DNA of 64,000 nt from Scyliorhinus canicula (taxonomy: Eukaryota): assembly GCF_902713615.1 (NCBI RefSeq), contig NC_052146.1, forward strand, positions 237,659,827 to 237,723,826, written 5' to 3'. Both the position numbers and the translations under genes were made by a program. This document shows positions 50,783 through 64,000 of this stretch, piece after piece. The notes beneath the pieces are model-generated. The model did not search any database. It had not been told where the DNA came from and saw only the letters and a program-made list of their open reading frames with translations. The stretch's first letter is position 1. Each line of letters opens with the position of its first letter.

Positions 50783-52073
50783 GTATGGTGGTTTATTACA
50801 GCTTTTGGTCCGGTCATAGTTTCTACTCTGACTTACCATCATGCTTGCATTAGATCTCTAACCATTAAGTGGCAGTTGTGGGCATCTATGCCAGTTCACG
50901 TTTTCTGATATAAATTAATGAAACAATAAACATTTTCTGCCTCCAATATTCCAATTTCTTTTGTGGCTGATCCAATTACCTTGAACAATGTCGCATTTTC
51001 CAGTTAGTTATCATAGAATAATAGAATTTACAGTGCAGAAGGAGGTTATTCAGCCCATCGAGTCTGCACCGGCCCTTGGAAAGAGCAACTTATTTAAGCC
51101 CACACCTCCACCCTATCCCAGTAACCCCACCTCACCTTTTTGGACACTTAAGGGCAATTTAACATGGTCAATCCACCTAACCTGCACATCTTTGGATTGT
51201 GGGAGGAAACCGGAGTACCCAGAGGAAACCCACGGAGAGAATGTACAGACTGTACAGAGAATGTACAGTGACCCAAGCTGGGAATTGAATCCAGGTCCCT
51301 GGCGCTGTGAAGCAACAGTGCTAATCACTGTTACCGTGCTGCCCCTCTCTATTGTAGAGTTAGTAATTGTAAGTTGCACCTCTGTCATGACTAACTTTAT
51401 AATTCCTGTAACAGCCTCCCCGAACAGGCGCCGGACTGTGGCGACTAGGGGCTTTTCACAGTAACTTCATTGAAGCCTACTCGTGACAATAAGCGATTTT
51501 CATTTCATTTTCATAATAGTATTGGAACATCCATGTAGTTATGCAAAATGTGACATTGAAAATGAGTTAGGCTTCTATACTAATCAAGTATCAGTATAGA
51601 TAACTGTTGAACAAATAGTTGACCTCTTCTATATGCACAAAGAACACAGATGTTATGTGCATTACATAAGCGAGCTTAGTGACCACAAAACCTTAAGCAA
51701 TCCAGAAATAATTATAGATGGTTTAAGACGAGCAATCACTATGTGGAAAATTTTGGCTACATACATGGAGAAGACTATCCTCATATGAAACCGGATTAAA
51801 GGAAAAATAATTTGGTCAGGTTTCAATTCCTCATTGAGACTCAAAGTAAGTATTCAACTATGGGAGATTCGCAGACTTCAATTTTGTACAGTATTGGGGA
51901 AATTGTTGAGTTGACTAGCCATTGTAATAGGAATGTAGTTTTGTCATCCTGCAAACAAGGAAAGTTCGATATTATTTATTTTCTACATGGCTTTAGGTAA
52001 AACGGATAAAGTGTGTTTTTATATTGGATTTAGGTTGTGTATCTTAAATAGAGTTCTCTTCTAAAGCTTCAGA

Positions 52074-52995
52074 CTCATTTTGAGTTACTTTCCACAAGTA
52101 AAGCTGAGTATATGTTACAATGATCAAGGGAACATTTTATGAACACGGGGACAAGGTTGATTGGTTTCTGGCCCAACAACTCAGGGGCCAGATGGCTTCT
52201 TTGTTTATCTCCCAGGTCTATGACTTCTCCCATAATCTTACTACTGAGCCCTCTGATATTAATTTGACTTTTGCTTCTTTCTATAAATTGAAACCCCCGT
52301 CGGATAGCATGGCAATGGCTGATTTTTTGAATAATTTGGACATTCCATCTGTGGATGCGGACATGAACAAAGATTTGGAGGATCCTTTGCATCTAGATGA
52401 GATTACAAACTGTATTAAGTTAATGTAAAATGGCAAGGCCCCAGGCCCTCATGGCTTCCCTATTAACTTTTATAAAAAGTTTTCCACTCAACTCGCTCCC
52501 TTATTATTAGAAATGTTTAATTACTCATTGTCTCAAGGCTCTCTGCCCACAACGCTGACTCAAGGTTCCATCTCGCTTACACTCAAAAAAGACAGGGACC
52601 CTACGAACGTGGCTCATATCGGCCTATCTCTCTTTTAAATGCAGACATAAAGCTGTTAGCTAAGGTGTTAGCTTGCCATTTGGAGCCTTGTCCTCCTGGT
52701 TTAATGTCCAATGATCAAACTGGCTTTGTTAAGGGGTACCAATTATTTTCAAATGTACACCATCTTCTTGCCATTATACTTTCCCCAACTGCCTTGACTG
52801 ACCATGAAGTTGCCGTCTCTCTAGATGCAGAGAGAGCTTTTGACCAGTTGGAGTATTTGTTTACGATTCTGGGTAAATTTGATTTTGCTCCAAAATGAAT
52901 TTAACGGATTTGTCTTCTCTATACCTACCCTACTTCAACTCTCTATACGCAAAATACTTCCTCCTATCCAGAGGAACCTACTTTGGCGATAGAGC
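52074..52995 (+). mobile_element. L1-clade ORF2 (RT) fragment
   Basis: FYEHGDK...LA; GKAPGP.GFP; DQTGFVKG; SLDAERAFD. Confidence 0.8.
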
Positions 52996-53774
52996 CCCTG
53001 TTTTGTGAGTTTAGCTGAGAGGAGTTGTCCTGCTTCCTTTTCAGCCATGGCTTTGCTGACTTGACTTACTTTCAGCCATCAGAGAGAGAGACTTTTATTT
53101 TACTTGACAGATCAGGGCTGACTGCTGCTGTCTTTCCTTGCTTCTGTGTCATGCACTCTGACGTATGCAGTACTAGTCCACACTGACCAAGTTTCCAGCT
53201 AGCTTTTTATTCCAGTCTCCTGTGTATTCTTGGAAGGCAAAAATCCACAAAACGGCTTGGGATTTAATTTACAGGATATGATTCCTACTGAGGGGATATT
53301 CAGCTTCCATTATCTCCACAGGAGTTTATAGTTGATTGCTTAGTGTCTTTGATATATCCCTGTCTGGAAAAAGGTTGTGATATTCCATTGTCACACCACA
53401 GCATTTCAGGCAGTGACTGAATTTGCATTGTCAGAGTTTACACCTCAACCATCTTTGGCTTAAAAACACATGTCTTATTTAAAAGTTCTATATGCCCTTA
53501 TTTAATCTGGGATTTTGCTTCCTTGTCATGCCAAATGGCTCATGGAGACAATAGTTTTGAATATTATTTTGGTTGTGGTAAGTTACGGTATTTTTGAGTT
53601 TTTAAGTGTCTGTTCTCTTGTGAAATTATCCAATGTTGGATACAATGCCATAGCTGTTTCCAGAATAATGAGGACATAATCTAGGCTGATCATCCAGTGC
53701 AGTACTGAAGTTCCTCGTGTGTTGTGTATTTTACAAGTATATTCTTCTGTAAATTCCTGTTTCTCTCTTTCAAG

Positions 53775-53886
53775 AAAAATAAATATAAATTTGCTCCAGT
53801 GAAACAAAAGCAAGTTAAAAAAGAAGTGGAGATAAAGCAAACAATGACTGTCTCTGAACTTGCAGAAGCAATGGATAAAGATACAG
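53775..53886 (+). CDS. MTIF2: MTIF2 exon
   Basis: tttcaag|AAA...ACA G|gtaagc, 112 nt. KKEVEIKQTMTVSELAEAMDKDT (IF2 N-terminal domain motif MTVxELA). Confidence 0.9.
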
Positions 53887-56800
53887 GTAAGCATAAAATG
53901 AATGCAATTATGCTAGTCAGAACAAGAGATGTGACATGGTTGTAGAATGCAGAAGAGCAACAACCAAGTCTAGTAAGCCTTTGCTCAATGTCCTGTGCAG
54001 CCAGTGAGCTACTTTGCCACCTCACACATCCTACAAGTCTCTGGTATAGTGCAATTCCTGAATAACCATGACATCTTGTGATGTTGCTGGCAGGCCACCA
54101 GATTTAATTACCTTGTCTAAAGCAGTACTTTTAGGCTGTTTGCAGTCAACGTTGGGATTTTGTATTATTGTGGGCACCCCAGGAGAACTGGAGACTTGCA
54201 GATTGAGGTTTTCCATTTTTACATGCCAAATTGATTTTTTGCCTGTTTACTTCGATGAGTAGAAAGCACAGAAGTGGAAACATTGTCCACAAGGTATAAC
54301 CTTGGACAAACACCAAACAAATGCAAATGGTCCAAAGATAAGAAAACAGGTCATGGATCACGTTGTTCCTAGAACTCAGATTTAGAGCATCATTAATTGA
54401 ATTATTCTTGGATGGGATGATGCATGAGGGACAAAATGCAATACTTTATCCCTATTCACTATTTTTGTTGTTCATTATTATACTTCAAGATTAAAATCAG
54501 ATTCACAGAAAGAAAAAATTCAGTCTGGTTGATGAAAAGGGAACACAGCATGTTGTACGAGTCAGGAAGGCATTTGTCTGTTAGTATTTTATTTGTAACT
54601 TTTTTACCTTCAGACTTTATTTTAAAAGTAACCCTGTAAGGTGACTGCTCAATAGGTAAGGGCATATCTCTCACTAATTTGACACTGGAAAGGAACTTGA
54701 TGCAGCATTAAGATATAAATATTTTGATGTTCTTTGTTCCTGGTCAAATGTTAATTAATGGCTCCATAATTACCAGAACGCTGCACTTTTAAGTTATTGT
54801 CAAAGGACTCTCTCAAACGCAGTGTTTTTTATGTTGCTGTCATTCCCTACATATGAGGAGGTTTAGGGGCTGGTTTAGCGCAGTGGGCTGAACAGATGGC
54901 TTGTAATGCAGAACAAGGCAGCAGCGGGAGTTCAATTCCTATACCGGCCTCCCTGAACAGGCGCCGGAATATGGCGACTATGGGCTTTTCACCGTAACTT
55001 CATTGAAGCCTACTTGTGACAAGCGGTTATTTCTGTATATTACAGTAAATTTGTTGTATTGTCATTGCTATTGCTTCCATCTTCTTCCATCGGGTAGGAG
55101 ATACAAAAGTCTGAGAGGGCAGGAAATACAAAAGTCTGAGAACATGTACAAACAGACTCAAAAATAGCTTCTTCCGTGTTGTTACCAGACTCCTAAACGA
55201 CCCTCTTATGGACTGGCCTCATCAACACTACACCACTGTATGCTTCACCCGATGCCGGTGTTTATGTAGTTACATTGTGTACCTTGTGTTGCCCTATTAT
55301 GCATATTCTTTTATTTTCATGTACTAAATGATCTGTTGAGCTGCTCGCAGAAAAGTACTTTTCACTGTACCTCGGTACACGTGACAATAAACAAAACAAA
55401 CAAACAAACATGTCGGCACAACATCGAGTGCCGAAGGGCCTGTTCTGTGCTGTACTGTTCTATGTTCTATGTTTATTATAAATTGTCTTCTGTAGTTTAT
55501 TGTGTAAGACATGGTCTGGTAGAATTTTTATTCACCTTCAGAGTCTCCCAAGGATTCATCTTTCACCCCCTCCTCTCATCTACATGGCTTCTGATCCTTG
55601 GTGCTATTCTTTATGTGTATTCAGTTTTCCTGTGTATGCTGACGATATCCAGCTAAACCTCGCTTCCACCTCTCTACTTCCCTTCTAGCCGTCAGACCGC
55701 TTGTTCACCAATTATTCTTGTTTGAGCTGCAATTTCCTCCAGCTATGCTTTGGGAAGATCAAAACCAGCCCCAATTTTTAACCTGGGGCTGGTGGGAAGG
55801 GACCATTATTTAGTCAATGTGGGACACAAGCAATTATAACTCTCAGTTCCATTTAAATGTTACTGTGCCAATTCCCACCCGAAGCTAATGGGGTTGGAAT
55901 GGATAAAAGCAAATTGCTGCAGGTGCTGAAATCTGAAATAAACTGCAGGTCACCAATTTGGACTCAAGGAAACAGGTCCTGGCGCAGTTGTAGGTACAGC
56001 AAGAAGACCCTGGGGGTGAAGGGCCCAGAAGAACGCTCCTTGTTCTGATTGACGTGGAACCATTTCAGGAGAATTAAATAACTTCCTTGGGCTGCTTCTG
56101 ACCCTTGATCCTATGTGTTATCAGCTTTCCATGATGGATCACGCAATGCAGCTGTGATCCCAAATTAAAATTTCACTGGTGTATGAATTATTGTTATTGG
56201 ACCCTGACCCGTCCAGCCTGTGGGGCAGGTAGCCTACATTTTCCGCCAAAACAGGAGTTAAATTGATGAAAGGCGTGAATACTGGGAATTCAGCAGATAG
56301 TCACTTTAACACCACAAACATGCTGCTAGGTGAACAGAGTTAAAATCATGCAGCATCATAAAATACATAATCTTGCCAACAATTCCACCCACTCCTTGGC
56401 CACTTTCTCAAGCTGAACCAAATTTTGATTTGAGTTGATTTGATTTGATTTATTGTCACATGTACCGAAGTACAGTGAAAAGCATTTTTCTGCGGCTGAG
56501 GGAACATACACAGTACGTACATAGTAGACAAAAGAATAATCAATAGAGAACATTGACAAATGGTACATCAACAAACAGTGATTGGTTACAGTGCGGAACA
56601 AGGGGCCAAACAAAGCAAATACATGAGCAAGAGCAGCATAGGGCGTCATGAATAGTATTCTTACAGGGAACAGATCAGTCCGAGGGGGAGTCGTTGAGGA
56701 GTCTTGTAGCTGTGGGGAAGAAGATGTTCCTATGTCTGGATGTGCAAGTCTTCAGACTTCTGCACCTTCTGCCTGATGGAAGGGTCTGGAAGAAGGCAAT

Positions 56801-57381
56801 ACCTGTTTATAATTTCTGCATCCTATTTGACCCTGTATTTCAGGTTCTAATCCCCATATCTCCTCCATCACAAAAATCTACCTCTTTAACATCAATAGTG
56901 TCTGCTCATACCTCAGTCTATCTGCTGCTGTTTTTGTCCCTTCTCGCCAACTATTCCAAAGCTCATCTCGTTGACCTCCTATTGTCCCCGTAAACGTTTA
57001 TCATCATCATTCCTGTCCTTACTGACTTTCATTGGCTCCCATTGTCTCACTCCTCATTTTAAATTCTCACCCATGTGTTCAAATCTCATCACTGCTTGCC
57101 ATTCCTCATCTCTGGAGCTTCATCTAGTCCAGCAACTCTGAGTAGCGTTCCATTCCTCTGACTCCCAGCTTCTTGAGTACTTTCTCTCTTAGTGATTGTG
57201 CCTTCAGCTGCCTTGGCGGACTGTCCCTACAAACCCCCTCTAACTCTCTCCCCTTTTAAACCCAATATGATACGATAAGGAAAATAAAGTATTAAAACAA
57301 ATATCTAAAAAAAGAGAAAAATAAGTTTATTTCTGCATATATTTCTATATATTCAAATAATTCATTTTTTTCTGAATGCAG

Positions 57382-57553
57382 ATCATGTGTACGAAGCTCT
57401 ACTCCACACAAATATTGACATAGACTCCCTGGAACAGGATTTTATCTTGGAGGAAAAATGGATAAAAGAGGTCATAAAGAAGTCTGGAATGAAGTTTAAG
57501 TGGACAAAACTTTCAGAAGAAAAAGTTAAAGAAAATAAAGATGCTGTGAGGAG
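57382..57553 (+). CDS. MTIF2: MTIF2 exon (not in the ORF track)
   Basis: atgcag|AT CAT...AGG AG|gtaggt, 172 nt. [44 protein letters not shown]...NKDAVRR. Confidence 0.92.
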
Positions 57554-60294
57554 GTAGGTTCTGTGTTATGCTCTGTTAATGTCTTGGTAATATATCAATA
57601 TTTTTAAATTGAAAAGTTCAAGCCAAATTGAAATATTTATTTTGTCTATTCTGTGCCAGTGATATCAAACCACTATAGAAAAATTGCATAAAAATAAAAC
57701 CTAATGGATCACCAGGCATCAACTTACACACTGGGTATGACAAAGAATCATAGAATTTACAGTGCAGAAGGAGGCCATTCGGCCCATCGAGTCTGCACCA
57801 GCTCTTTGAAAGAGCACCCTACCCAAGCCCACACCTCCACCCTATCCCTATAACCCAGTAACCCCACCCAACACTAAGGGCAATTTAGCATGGTCAATCC
57901 ACCTGACCTGCACATTTTTGGACTGGGAGGAAACCAGAGCATCCGGAGGAAAGCCACGCACACACGTGGAGAACGCGCAGATTCCGCACAGACAGTGACC
58001 CAAGCCGGGAATCGAACCTGGAATCCTGGAGCTGTGAAGCAATTGTGCTAACCACTATGCTGCCCATACCGTTCACCGTTCCCTATTGAACCTACAAAGT
58101 TCTCCTCACGAACGTCCGACGTCGTGGGTGAAAAATGAGAGACAGACTAGTCAAGCAGCAGCCTGAAAACAGTCATACTCACTGAATCATATCTTGCAAC
58201 CAATGGCCCAGATTCCTTCATAACTATCCCTGGAGATGTCCTGTTGCAGCTGCAGGACAAAGACACCAGAGGTGTCAGTGGTCTGGAGGGAGTGGCCCTT
58301 AGAATCCTCAGTGTTAACTCCAGACTCCATAATTCTCATGGCATTGAGTCAAACATGGACAAAGAAACCTGCTCATTACCACGTACCTCTCTCTCTCAAC
58401 TGATGAACCAGTAGTCCACCTAGTTGAACACCACTTAGAAGAAGCATTCAGGGTACAGAATGCACAGGATGTACTCTGGGTGGGGAACATCACTATCCAC
58501 AATTTTGGCCTGGATTTTCGCTCTCTCATCAGGAGTGCAGAGTCAGGACATTTCCCAGCTGTACAAACCTGACCTTGGAGAAAGTCGCCTAGAAGATCAG
58601 ATTTTGTTTCTGGGTGGTGTGTCAGGGTTCCCTGGGAGTCGGGCTGGACCACCCAGAATAAATGCAGAGGATGTCAGGTGCAGGAGCAGGCTGGGCAGAA
58701 GGCCTGCCTCAGTGCACCAACACTGTATTAAAGTTTTAAAAAGACCAATTAAAGCTTCACTCCAGTCCTCACCCCACATACATTCTCAACCACCACACTC
58801 ACTATGCCTCATCTCCGCCGCCCCATGCCACATCATGCCCTGCACTCACCCCCAGGGACCCTCACATCATTCATGCCAACCTATGCCCCAATGGCTCCTC
58901 ATATCCCCCATGCTAACCTATGCCCCTCGTACCTTCCAGGTCACCTTAAGCCTCCTGCCTAGCTCTTATGGCCCTTTATAGCCCCAAAGCCAATTTAGTG
59001 CCCATTCATACCAGCCTCTGCCCCCCACCACCTTTTGCTCTAACTCCTACCATGCCAATTCACCCAGCATCCACCATGGGCAGATCCCAGGACCTAGGCT
59101 GAGATTAAATGAAATAAAGTTCCAAGTGTCTATTGCAGACTTTATTGTTCAGAAACATTCGCATTCATAACAATCCATTTCCAACATTTATGTGCCTTCA
59201 ACTACATTATCCTTTATAAACTCTGTACTTGCTAGCATACATTGACTTCCAGTAAAACAATATCTAGAATCATAGAATCCCTACAATGCAGAAGGAGGTC
59301 AATTGGCCCTTCGAGTTTGTACCACCCCATTCTCGTAACCCCACCTAATCATTGGACGCTAAGGAGAAATTTAACATGACAAATCCACCCAACCTGCACA
59401 TCTTTGGATTGTGGGGGGAAACCGAAGCACCCGGAGGAAACCCATGCAGACACGGGGAGAACATGCAAACTCCACACAAACAGTCACGTGAGGTCGGATT
59501 TGAACGTGAGTCTCTGGTGCCACCGTGCCACCCTGGGTTTTAAAATTCTCATCCTTGTTTTCAAATTCCTTCATGGCCTCACCCATCTCAATATCTGTAA
59601 TTTCCTTAAGCCCACAAACCTTGGATATCTGCACTCATCTAATTCTGGCCTCTTGAGCATTCTCGTTTTTACCTTCTCTACCATTGCAGGCTGTGCCTTG
59701 AACTGCCTAGGTCCTAAACTCTGGTATTCCCTCTCTAAACCTCCCAGCTCCTCTACCTCACTTTGTCCTTGAAAGATGTTCCTTAAAACCCACTTCTTTG
59801 ACTGTGCTTTTGGTAGTCTACTTTAATATCCTCTTATGTGGCTCAGTGTCAGATTTCGCTTTATCAAACTCCTATTATGTTAAAGATGCTATAGAAATAC
59901 AAGCTGTTGTTGTTATCAATTGTCCCCAAGTCGGTTATTCTTTCTGGTAGTCTTTCCCCATGATGATTGTACCATATAGAAATATTATTTTGCATTTTGT
60001 TAGCTTTTCAAGACTTGGAATCATAGAATACCTACAGTGCAGAAGGAGGCCATTTGGCCCACCGAGTCTTCACCGGCCCTCTGAAAGAGCACCCTACTGA
60101 GGCCCACGCTTCTACCTTTTCCCCATAACCCCACCTAACTTCTTGGACAACAAGGGCCATTTAGCGTGGCCAATCCACCTTACCTGCACATTTTCCAACT
60201 TCTTACTAGATTCCTAATTGCTGAGGAATTAGTTAACTTACCGTGAGATTTCACCATCATCTGTGAACTAATCACTACGTACTTTCTGTTTTAG

Positions 60295-60455
60295 GCCGCA
60301 CTCAGATCCAACTGTGCTCGTTCCCAAGTCACCTGTAGTTACTATAATGGGTCACGTTGACCATGGAAAAACAACATTACTTGACAGTCTTAGGAAAACT
60401 CAGGTTGCAGCTAAGGAGGCAGGAGGTATCACTCAACATATTGGCGCATTCCTTG
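60295..60455 (+). CDS. MTIF2: MTIF2 exon at the start of the G domain; gene continues beyond the window
   Basis: ttttag|G CCG...CTT G|gtatgt, 161 nt. [18 protein letters not shown] (P-loop) and [12 protein letters not shown], diagnostic of IF2. Confidence 0.96.
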
Positions 60456-60696
60456 GTATGTTTCGCAATCCTCTATGCATGTCTCAGTTGAACCTGATAA
60501 ATAATTTTTACTGAATTGTAGGTTTTAAAACTCTGGTACTTAGATTTTTAGGTAATGAGGTTTTTTTATTGAAAATGTAATCAACTCCTAGTATTTTTTT
60601 TGATACTTATTGGAATGTATATGCCATGTCAACATTTTAGTTTTAGTAGCATTTTCCTACAATAACATCTTTAAAATATCTATGCAACTATCTTTC

Positions 60697-62059
60697 TGTC
60701 ATCGCTATATGGCATTTGCCTGCTCTAACCGTGAGTGTCAGATTCTCAGAGAAAGAATCAAAGGTGGCACACATAGAGTTAATACAACATAGTACAATGA
60801 GGTTTATTTTACAAGATGCTGCTCGAACACGGTACAATGGTGAACTCTACAAAAGCCTGCAAAATGCTCTGATGATGTCATTAAAATTTTTTTAAAGAAC
60901 CCAATTCTTTTTTTTCCCAATTAAGGTGCAATCCACCTACCTGCACATCTTTGGGTTGTGGGGATGAAACCCATGCAGACACGGGGAGAATGTTCAAACT
61001 CCACGCGAACAGTGATCTGGGGTGGGGTTTGAACTTGGTCCTCAGTGTCATAAAGCAGCAGTGCTAACCACTGTGCCACCATGCCGCCCTCTGATGATGT
61101 CATTGTGTAACACATTTAATTACACCAGCCGATGGTGTAACTCTGATACATAACACCCCTCCCTCTTTACTCCTTTAGTGTCCCTGGCATTTTTACTTAA
61201 ACAAACACTTTTTAATACAGATCCAAAACATTATGCCATAACCAACATGTTACCGATACATATGTACATTAGTACGACAGTTTCTTGTGTGGATGTCTGT
61301 CCCATTTTGGCAGAACACGACGTTCAGGAACTTGGCTTTAAGGGGTATCAGGAGTGTCTTCCTGTACGGTGGTCGGGGTTACAGCTGACGAAACAAACTC
61401 AGGAACTGTCTCTGGTTGTGTAGGTATTCTATGATTCTGTCGTAGTAATTTATACTGTTGTAGTTCTCAAGTAGGGCAGGTCACTATCCATACTCCACGT
61501 GATAAAAACATCAGATACTGATTCTTAATTCTCTGTACGCACAGATAATAACTGGTCAGCGTGCCAATGCCAAATTCATTAATCGCCAGATTTTACAGTA
61601 TATGAAAGCGGACTGATTTCCATTAATACAATTGCTGGAGTCCATTTTTCACCTGAGGTGTAATTTCTTGCGAGAACACATTCCCCACGGTCAAAGACTC
61701 TGCTTTTGGAATGTTATTCCTTACTAGCCACTTGCGTCTGATGTTGTTGCCTGACTATCTCTGAAGTTGAAGGGGAAGTCAAAAGGTTGAACTGTGTGCA
61801 GTTTCCTATTGAAAATTGTATCACTGGTGAGCTTTGTGTTGTTGAATGTGCAGTGTTTCTGTGTGTCATTAGAAAGCCTTTATCCCTTGAAACCTTCACG
61901 GCATGCTTGAGCGTTTGTATGAAATGTTCAGCTAAGCTGTTGGTAGCTGGATGGTAAGGGGCAGATTTGATATGATGGAAGATGCCACGCTCCTTCAGGT
62001 AGTCCTCGAATTTGGCTGATGTGAACTGTGTACCGTTATCGCTCACAAGTTGTGCAGGT
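60697..62059 (-). mobile_element. Gypsy LTR retrotransposon remnant: integrase fragment, PPT and 3' LTR (61155-60697)
   Basis: LVSDNGTQFTS...SAPYHPATN.LAE integrase motif. Reverse-strand PPT AAAGAGGGAGGGG followed by TGTTAT; LTR ends ATGACA. Interrupted by the L1 at 62060 and a SINE at 60883-61088. Confidence 0.8.
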
Positions 62060-64000
62060 CGACTTCCGGTGGCGACGATGACGTAGGAAGCCACACATTT
62101 GGGAGCTCCCGTTTTAAACTGACTTTTCGGCTCTTTTTAGAGCCCAAAACGGAAATTTTGCGACGTCTCCCTGTGGGACACGGTGTGCTGATCAACTTTC
62201 CCCGCAGTCCGTGACTCGAACTCGGAGTGGAAAGGGGGAAAAAACGGCAGCAGCTCCCCAGAAAAAACGGGGGAAGGAATCCAAGATGGCCGTCAGCGGA
62301 GCTCCAGAGGAGTGGAAGCAGTGGGCCCAGGAGCAACAAGCTGCTCTCCTGCGCTGTTTTACAGACTTCAAGGCTGAGGTACTGAGCTCTCTGCAGGAAA
62401 CGAACAGAAGGCTGTCGGAGATTCAGACGACTCAGGGTGCTGCCATCAAGGAGTTGCAGACGCAGGCCACTGAACGAGAGGAGGAGGCCGTGGTCCTCGT
62501 GAGTAAGGTGGAGGGGCACGAGGCACTCCACAAGAAGTGGCAGGAACGCTTCGAGGAGCTTGATCACCGCATGAGGCGGAAAAACCTGCGGATCTTGGGC
62601 CTTGCGGAGGGGCTAGAGGGGTCGGACCTGACAACCTACATGGCTACAATGCTGAACTCACTAGTGGGGGCCGGGTCTTTCCATCTGCCCTTGGAGCTGG
62701 AGGGAGCACACAGAGTACTGGCCAGGAGGCCTAAGGAGAATGAACCCCCGCGTGGGGTGCTGGTGAGGTTCCACCGGTTCAGTGATTGGGAGTGTGTGCT
62801 GCGCTGGGCCAAGAAGGTGAAGAGCAGCAATTGGGAGAATGGGGTAGTACGGATCTACCAGGATTGGAGTGCGGAGGTGGCTAAGCGGCGGTCCGGATTT
62901 AATTGGACGAAAGAGGTGCTTTACAGGAAAAAGATAAAGTTCGGAATGTTGCAGCCCGCGCGCCTGTGGACCGGCATTATTATTTTGATTCCCTGGAGGA
63001 GGCGTGGGCCTTCGTGCGGACGGAGAAACTGGACTTGAACTAGGGGTTGGAGGTTGCGGGGTCGGTTGTAATGCTTTATTGCTGGTTTCTGCTGTTGCTG
63101 TGTTCTTTTTTTGTTTGTTTTTGTACTTTTGCAATTTTGATATGGTTATTTATGGGGGTGCTGTTCTGTTTTTTTTGCGGTGGGGCATTGTTTGAGTTTT
63201 GTATCTTGCGGGGAGGGTTGGGGGGGTTTGTTGTATTCTATGTCAGGTTGGGGGTATGGAGTGGGGCTGGTATTTGGGAGCTGCGTCAGAAGGGTGTGGT
63301 GGGGCAGTGCGAAAGCGCGGGCTTTCCTCTGGTTTCCCGCGCTGGGGGGCGGAGATGATGACGGGGGGAGGCGGGGCCTTAACTGGTTCTTCCCCGCGCT
63401 GGAGCGGTGCCTGGAGGAGGGATAGATTGGGGGATGATCCCACTTTGGGCGGGGTCGGGTTATTGGCGGGAGTTTCCGGGGTCAGCAGAAGTTAGCTGAC
63501 CCACGGAAGTACAATGGAGGACGGTTCGCGGCTGGGAGGGTTCCTAGCATGGGGGGGGAAGGGAGGAGGGGGAAAGGGGAATACCGGGTTGCTGCTGGTA
63601 GGGTCAGGAAGGAGCTGGTGGGGGCTGGGGGGACAGAGGAGAGGTGTTGTCGCTGTGGGGACTGGGTCGGGCAGGGGGTGCTGGCCTGGGGCGGGCAGTC
63701 GACGGGCTATGGCTAGTCGAGGGGGGGGGGACGCCCTCTGATCCGGTTGGTCACCTGGAATGCGAGAGGATTGAATGGGCCGGTGAAGCGGTCGAGGGTG
63801 ATTGCTCATCTGAAGGGGCTAAAGGCAGATGTGGCACTGCTTCAGGAGACCCACCTGAAGGTGGCGGACCAGGTCTGCCTGAGGCAGGGGTGGGTGGGGC
63901 AGGTTTTCCACTCTGGGTTGGATGTGAAGAACCGGGGAGTGGCGATTCTGGTGGGGAAAAATGTGTTGTTTGAGGCATCGGAGGTGGTGGCGGATAAGGG
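62060..64000 (+). mobile_element. L1-clade LINE 5' portion: 5'UTR, ORF1 (about 62286-63043, frameshifted near the end), spacer, start of the ORF2 endonuclease
   Basis: ORF1 coiled coil plus RRKNLRILGLAEG, AHR and IYQD motifs. ORF2 LVTWNARGLN...LQETHL...RGVAILV from about 63745. Confidence 0.9.

Noticed and set aside
52999-53400. Possible second solo LTR (TGT...ACA)
   Set aside because: No matching TSD and weak terminal repeats.
58460-58981. 173-aa ORF in an MTIF2 intron
   Set aside because: Spans the junction of a LINE remnant and a C-rich repeat; no motif.

Overview
Eukaryotic (vertebrate) genomic DNA, almost certainly from a cartilaginous fish. The dominant repeats are HE1/V-type tRNA SINEs, CR1, L2, L1, Rex/Babar and Penelope-like elements; the species itself is not determinable here. 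Three spliced host genes are reconstructed by hand from splice sites and reading frame: (1) the last four coding exons of an MSK-family kinase (RPS6KA5-like, +, 3960-8238); (2) a complete two-exon PRORSD1 (-, 30756-30673 and 22839-22411, 170 aa); (3) the promoter and first four coding exons of MTIF2 (+, 50585-60455, continuing beyond the window). An intronless, frameshifted CRYZL1 retrocopy with a 19-bp TSD sits inside a Buster-type hAT transposon remnant. The most notable observations are: the kinase may be a third MSK ohnolog in the CCDC88A/PRORSD1/MTIF2 block; a full-length, structurally remodelled U2 snRNA-derived retroposon with a TSD (candidate SINEU-like family); an 886-bp almost entirely palindromic foldback element with a 9-bp TSD (Mutator-like); and one tRNA-headed SINE that occurs with three different LINE-partner tails. 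Most ORFs in the supplied track are spurious or TE fragments. Comparisons to human proteins and U2 are from memory; no database search was run.
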